NCBI GenBank assembly: GCA_965203295.1
Contig: CBDBCZ010000017.1
Location: forward strand, 1-64,000
Source: Nitrospirales bacterium
GTDB lineage: Bacteria; Nitrospirota; Nitrospiria; Nitrospirales; UBA8639
DNA: 64,000 bases
Direction: 5' to 3'
Below the pieces are notes generated by a model. It saw only the letters and a list, made by a program, of their open reading frames with translations, was not told the DNA's origin and did no database searches. Shown in pieces: positions 13,401 through 64,000 of the stretch. Each line of letters starts with the position of its first letter. Position 1 is the first letter of the stretch. The position numbers were made by a program, and so were the translations under genes.

Positions 13401-15017
13401 CCTCGGCCTAGTTAGAACATAGCTGCCCATGCTCTAAGCTGTACATAGTGTATACTCTAGTGAGTTATCTCACAGATGGGCAGCAACATCTACACTTTAA
13501 TGATGTCATCTTGCCTATCTGTTACTATATAGTTGTTAATAGCTCTGAAGTCCACACAACTTCAATTATAGCAACCACAAAGTATTAAGTTACGAGGGGG
13601 GGGGGGGGGGGGGGTTGCGGGATAGTGAGCAAAATTAATGTCCTATGAAGTAGTAAGTTACAAAGATTATGCATCTTTTCCTTTTTGAAAACAGCTTTGC
13701 TGCTGCAAAAATTCTGCGAATCCCCCATACACATTCTTGAGCAACTCACTGCCTCAGTGTGGATCGGGTGCACAGCAAACAGCAGCCCGGCTATCAGTGC
13801 CGGCCAGGCCTCACCAAAGACCACGCCACAGAGCTGCACGTACAGGAAGCACACCGCACTGTGCAGGAGCACGTTCACCAGATGGTAGCCCATGGGCTGC
13901 AGCTCATGCAGTAGGTAGTTCAGCCTGAAGGTGGCCACACACAGCGGGCGATATGACCCATGACTTGCATCCGAGCTCATTGGAGTTCCCCAGAAGTCAT
14001 TCCAGAGCAGGTTTGACCAAGGAGAATCCGGTCGAAGATCCTGATTGTTACCAATTGCTTCATGGTCGTCAAAGCACAGCCCGCAGTCGAGAGTATTCAG
14101 GTATAGCAGTGTAGGCACAATGGCACACACGAGGCCTCCACTTCTGACACTGTCCAGGGCGCTGCAGATGACACTCATATTATCATGACAGGAAATGTTG
14201 TTTCTGGTATGTAGGCCAATGCAATATTGTAACATTGCATTGTGTAAGCAGTTTCTTAATTGTGTGGCACATTTTATGAATTCATAGCAATTTATGGCTA
14301 GGGTTAGAGGCTGGTGTTAGGATTCGGGATAGGGTTAGCGCTGCACAGTTTATAGATTTATAGAACGTACAGCATAATTTACAGAATGCATAACACACTG
14401 ATTTATAAAGAGTACAGATTCACAAAATGCGCCTAACACCAGAAGCACGACAGGAGCACTTCGTATGCAATCTTGGATTACGACCAGTAGCAAAGTCACT
14501 CCTCCGAAAGTATATATACTAGCTTGTTAAGATAACAATGAAGCTTCTAGAGCTAAACATATACAAGTGTTGGGCAGTCAGCTAGCTGATAAACCCCACA
14601 GAATTAATGTCAAGGCAGCCTCACGGCCTAGACGGGTGTGGTTTATCACAGATAATCTATGGGTTACATACCCACACATCTGTTTACTATAATTTCTAAA
14701 ATCTCCATTACCCAGTCCAAATACATGTAACAACAAAAATTCCGTATAAAAAATGTTTGCAATTAAGAGTCGTCCTCAGAGGCTGAACATATTAAAAGCA
14801 TTGATGTGAGAGTCCGCTTAATTTGTCAAAACAAGGAGCCTCAAAGTCCCCCAGACTACCTCAAAGTAGTCTCGTTCGTTCCCACTATAATTGTTTCGAC
14901 GGGGCATGCGTGGAGGGTTTGGGAACAAGACTAGCTTCACAGTGCATGCAATAAATGAGCATTCAATACTTACGCGGCACCGTGGTACCATTTCTTCTCA
15001 GATTTTGTCATTGCCAT
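7483..15017 (-). CDS. TMTC3: TMTC3-like protein O-mannosyltransferase (copy B), complete, 10 exons, ~1015 aa
   Basis: Phase-consistent GT-AG exons: 15017-14974, 14161-13750, 13123-13021, 12601-12486, 12168-11996, 11704-10993, 10826-10381, 10018-9476, 8768-8407, 7619-7483 (3048 nt). Hallmark motifs CFDD..[74 protein letters not shown], RNRDW, then C-terminal TPR repeats. Confidence 0.92.
7657..7870. mobile_element. ~210-bp palindromic element with CACWG-like ends in the last TMTC intron
   Basis: cactggaaaaaaag..ttcctgaaatg arms pair with catttcaggaa..ttttttcctgtg; centre near 7765. Confidence 0.75.
12655..12793. repeat. 22-bp tandem repeat
   Basis: (agctgcatagctacattgagct)n. Confidence 0.9.
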
Positions 15018-15230
15018 TTCATTTGTAATAGCAACTTTGCGTGCGCGTAGGAATGCAGAGTTTATGCATTAAAGGTCTGGTTCCGGAATTCCATGCCGCA
15101 TGGATAATTGAAATGGCGGGAAAATAAGATAGTACAGTTGTCAGAGTCTGGCGTTGATATAATTTAATAACTCTATTATTTGTGTAGTTTGTAACTTGTC
15201 AAAGCCTACTGGAGGTTGCTAGTTTGAAGC
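15018..15230. promoter_or_regulatory. Probable bidirectional promoter between TMTC3-like and CEP290
   Basis: 213 bp between divergent ATGs. Contains YY1/E2F-like AAATGGCGGGAAAA (15111-15124), TTCCGGAA (15081-15088), GCGTGCGC, and RFX-like half sites TAGCAAC and GTTGCTAG. Motif function is inferred only. Confidence 0.7.
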
Positions 15231-59500
<44,270 letters not shown>

Positions 59501-59727
59501 GTAGAACCTCGATCCCATTCTCCAGTCTGGGCTTTTACGTACGTACGTATGATGTATTGGTGTTTGTCACGTGCTAACAGTAGATTTCCAGCATGTATAA
59601 TCCCCGCGTGCAGTGTATGTATTCATTAGTAGGCTTGACTGGTGATGTTACCATGATGCTAATATGATTAGCAATGTTAAATATGACCCTTACACCTACA
59701 TGTACGTAGTGCTTAATGTGTACAAGT

Positions 59728-59903
59728 ATGTGGAACCCCTCTATTGTGGACACCTTGGGGACCTGGTGAAGTGTCCTGTATAAAGAGGTGTTCTCATTTC
59801 AGAGGTAAATTTCTATTAAGGAAGCGTATTTGAGATACAGTGAAGCGTCCTTAGTAAAGAGGTGTCCTCATTTCAGGGGTATCCTTTAAGAGGGGCTCCA
59901 CTG
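59728..59903. mobile_element. CAGTGGAACCC MITE copy (reverse orientation)
   Basis: Reverse-complement match to 55938-56113. Confidence 0.8.
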
Positions 59904-60575
59904 TATATGCAGGTCTTTGCCAGAGGCAGCCTTAGTGAGCCAAACTGAGTACTACGTGTACCGGGGGGGGGGGGGGGGGGGGGGGTTTCATGGAGTTCAG
60001 TTAGCCTGATGTTCAGTTAGTGGTAATCACATGGATTCAAGTACGATCTGCCGAGAATTCATGTGATTTCATGTCATTCACACATCGTCTCAGCTCCTAT
60101 AGCTACATAGTTTACATGCCTTTGAACTAAAACAGTGTGCGAGGTAAGAGGGAACATCTCATGGGTTTTAGTATGTGACTCTCCCACTCAAATTCCACAA
60201 GAGCACAGGCAATTAAGATACTAATCATCTTAATGGGCTATAGAAATGTAATCAGTGTACATTTGACACACTTCAAAGGCTTATAACATGCAGGGGTGCA
60301 GCAAAACAATGAATCTACACTAATGCACAACTCAATTGACACACGTACTTCAAAGGCTTATAACGTACAGGGGTGCAGCAAATCAATGAATCTACACTAA
60401 TGCACAACTCAATTCAGCACAATGCACTACAGCAAATCAATAAATCTACACTAATGCACAACTCAATTCAGCACAATGCACTACAGCAAATCAATGAATC
60501 TACACTAATGCACAACTCAATTCACACCAATTAGTTCTTTCATGCAAACAAGAGTCTCTATACGACTTGCAGGTG

Positions 60576-63500
60576 TCACACAAAAGCTTGCTTGGGATCA
60601 GAATACGTTGGGGGTGTGCACTGTGGAGGGATGTCCGCAGGTGCGATACAGGTCTTGGGGCGAATCATCATGACACTGTCAGGGTAGTAGACATAGCCCT
60701 GAGCACCAACAGAGCCTCCCTGATACCACCCTGTGACAATGAAAGGGAGGTAGGTTACCAGGGTTCTCTCTATGTTGCTTGAGAGGGACACTGTACCACT
60801 AATTACATCACTATGACATCATTGATACCACCCTGTGACAATGAAAGGGAGGTAGGTTACCAGGGTTCTCTCTATGTTGCTTGAGAGGGACACTGTACCA
60901 CTAATTACATCACTATGACATCATTGTTACGTCATCCTAAACACCACCAAATTGCTGAATCTGTGTGACACTATGACCATTGTCATAAGGGTGTACAGTA
61001 GGTACATTTAGGCCCTATATGGGGTGCTTTATCACAATGGGGAGCACATTCCCCCCTTTTGCATAATTCTGGTGAGAACTGTAGATTACATTATATATAT
61101 GCAGAACATATTGCAGTATCTAAATTACATCCGTTTTATATAATCAGGAACCAGAGATCGAAATAATGTTCAAATATTGTCTGGTCGCAATGTCTTAGCA
61201 CTTCTGATTTTGAGCGGTCATTTAGCATATGTCTTGATGTACGTACCTGTCTAGGTAATTATGGCTTAATTATAACGGAAACATTTCAGCAACATTAATG
61301 TGAACGAATAGCATTGTTGATAATGCATAAGCAAGCACATAAATGAATACACAAAAACCAGTCAGTCTGAACTCAATATGCATCATCTCATCCCCAGCTG
61401 TGCAATCTGTTGACCTCAGCACAGTAAATTCCCAAGTGGATAGTGTTTACTATTCACAAGTATGCGTTAGCTAGTGCAAGACACTGTGAATATGATTAAC
61501 AATTACTACATTTAATGTACATTACCATGGCAACCACATTTTCCGCCTATAGCACACAAAAGAGGCCACATACAGGGATCATTGCTATAACAATGTACAT
61601 TAAATCAGTTAAAGGTCAGTTTGGGTGAGGGGTTAAAATCCTCGGGTTCGCCTCAGACTTTAAAATTCCCCTCACCCAAACTGACCTTTAACTATTACAT
61701 CCCACAGGATAGAATCCAGGTATGTGAAGCTTGTGGTCACCCAGACCATGTGTGGTTTTGCTTTGTCAGTGTAACAAAATGTACAGTAATTGACCAATGA
61801 CCGCACGTAATTTCGACCTCTGAGGAGCTCATATGCATCTACTCTGAAGAGAAGTCCTTCAAAAAAAGGATATTTTCAATGCAACTTGCCTTTATTTTCT
61901 ACCATATATTTAGCAATATGCCCTGCAAATTCACTTATCACTGACGACGTATAGATTCTACTTTAAACTCTTGTATGGAATCAGTGTCACATACATGTCA
62001 CATGTATGTGACACTGATTCCATACATATACACATATCTAAAAAAAACTGTTTGCTTGAAAATTGTTGTATTAATCACCGCTGCTTTTACCATCAGAGCT
62101 GAAGCAGTTAGTACTTATCTATGTTCGCGTACCTAGGAAATCCCATGTTCTCTCTCTCTCATGAGGCTGGTTGATGGGTCCATTCAGGTTGCTTCCCTGC
62201 AGGTAGCAGCTGTCGTACCACCAGCCACCCTTGTACTTCTGAGCACAGTTCTCAGCATTTTTGTCGTTGTCCCGATCGACGGTCGTGAACTGCTGCCCGT
62301 TGTGAGGGGCCAGGGCATCCCATCCCGTACCCTGACCTTCTCCGATGTGCAGTCGGTACGCGTCTTCTGCTCCGTCAACGCCGAACCGCTGATACTGCCA
62401 AGTCACGCCGTTTCCGTTTGCTTCTTGCAAGTCGATTCGTAGCTCCACATCGTAGCGGGTCGTCAGACAGTGTATGTTTCTGAGTCCATACCAGAATTCG
62501 ATGTACAGGTTTCCAAACCCTTCTTCATACTGTGTCCAGTTGCGAAAGAAGTCGATTGATCCGTTTATCCTTCGCTGTATGACCATCCATCCTCCGCCTT
62601 CAGTGTCCATGTCACACACAGCATACATTTTTTGGGGCGGGGCAGTCACGTGTGCAAATGGCATCGGCTCGTTTTCGCAAATGCTACTGATTTTGTAGAT
62701 ACCAGACGAGCAGTTGGGAGAATGGAAGACAGCCCTTGAAGTAGTTATAGCCTGTAGGTATATACATGTATCAGCAGTGAAGTATTATAGTGGACCCCTT
62801 AGATACTTATATCTTTATGGACAAACTCCAGACACCTGACATTTATTGTATAATATTATGCAGTTAATTAAGATCAAATGTTCTTATTACTGCAGTATTC
62901 TGTTTTCAGGGGGTCATGACTAAAATAGAATTCTTTGTTTTAACTTACTTTGTACAAGCGATTGCTAGCGCAATGATAAAAAAGTAACACCATGTCTGTA
63001 CATCAGCAATGCAGCTTTGCACACTAAAATAGAATTCTTTGTTTTAACTTACTTTGTACAAGCGATTGCTAGCGCAATTAGAGAGAAACTGCAGTGCATA
63101 CAAAATGTTAATGTTTACACAACACACAGTAGTGCAAGATAACTGACTATGTACGTGCACTTTCCAAATTCATGGGCTCTTGTATAAGTAGAAAAATATC
63201 AGCCCAACTTCTCATGTAGAAAATTGTACTGTAGAACAGTGGATTCAAAATTCTCCTTCAAGCCACTCACCACCTTATTAAAATTTATATTCAATAGCAA
63301 GGCCCAATGAGTGATAGACAGAAAAATAATATGATGGCAATACTGGATACTGACACTGATGATTGATAGACAGAAAAACATGGCCATACTGGATACTGAC
63401 ACTCTCTCCTGCCCACCTGGCAGCAGTCGTAGAAGGCAGCCAGTCCACACTCCTCCTTTAGCCTGAGCACCTCCTGGAGTGCAGCCTGGTACTCCTGGCC

Positions 63501-63584
63501 ACAGTGGGGCTCTTCTCCCGGTGAGCCTGAGGCCCAGGCAAGTGCTGGCAGGGCCAGGACGAGAATCAGGGCTGCTGACACCAT
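60576..63584 (-). CDS. Secreted fibrinogen-related domain (FReD; ficolin/angiopoietin-like) protein, 3 exons, ~313 aa, nested in CEP290 intron 25
   Basis: Exons 63584-63417 (signal peptide, ..YDCCQ), 62751-62133 (SGIYKI, CDMDTEGGGWMVIQRR, FFRNWTQYEEGFG, EFWYGL, FTTVDRDND, GGWWYDSC..NLNG) and 60730-60576 (GWY..MMIRP). Phases consistent. Confidence 0.88.
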
Positions 63585-64000
63585 GCCGGTTTACTACAAG
63601 TTGAAACACTGTAGCTAGGACTGCTTTTGTTACGTGACTTTAGTTGCTAAAGTATTAAATTTGCTCTCAGTCTTGTGAGAAAATTTCGTCCAAGTGGTGC
63701 TTGCTTTTAGGCTAAAAACTTGGCTGAGTTGAAATATTTAAGCTATTGATTAGATAAGCTATAGTGTGTACTTAGTGTCTACTGACACTATATGGATAGC
63801 AATGCTGTATCTAACTTGATCTGCTGTTCAAACCCAGCCGAAGTACTACTGGCGCCAATTAAGAAAACTATTAATTGTTTGCATTACTCTCAGCTCACAG
63901 CCAATTGCATTGCTGTGCCAAGTGTTTGATGACTGCCGCCCCATAGCCAGCCTATAGTGGGAGTACTGGGAGGCACTACAGCTGCTATTGTCTCTAGGAG

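Overview
Intron-rich animal genomic DNA, most likely a demosponge (inferred from the gene families and repeat style; not provable here). I reconstructed exon chains by hand from splice sites and phases. Two tandem TMTC3-like O-mannosyltransferase genes lie on the minus strand: a complete 10-exon copy at 15017-7483 and the first three exons of a second copy at 6982-3471. The complete copy is head-to-head, 213 bp ATG to ATG, with a CEP290 orthologue on the plus strand (25 exons, 15231-59500, about 981 aa, continuing past the window). This matches the human CEP290/TMTC3 arrangement. Four antisense genes are nested in CEP290 introns: a tandem death-domain gene, a CHST15-like sulfotransferase (with an inverted, partly homogenised pseudogene), a small secreted protein and a fibrinogen-domain protein. 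Introns are packed with MITEs, Helentron-type HINEs, a 1.5-kb foldback element, a composite inverted-MITE element carrying a hairpin minisatellite, tRNA-Thr-like repeats, and tandem duplications that straddle splice sites. One CEP290 intron is bracketed by complementary (GT)n/(AC)n tracts, like the structure-spliced introns of fish. There is no CRISPR array or prokaryotic system.
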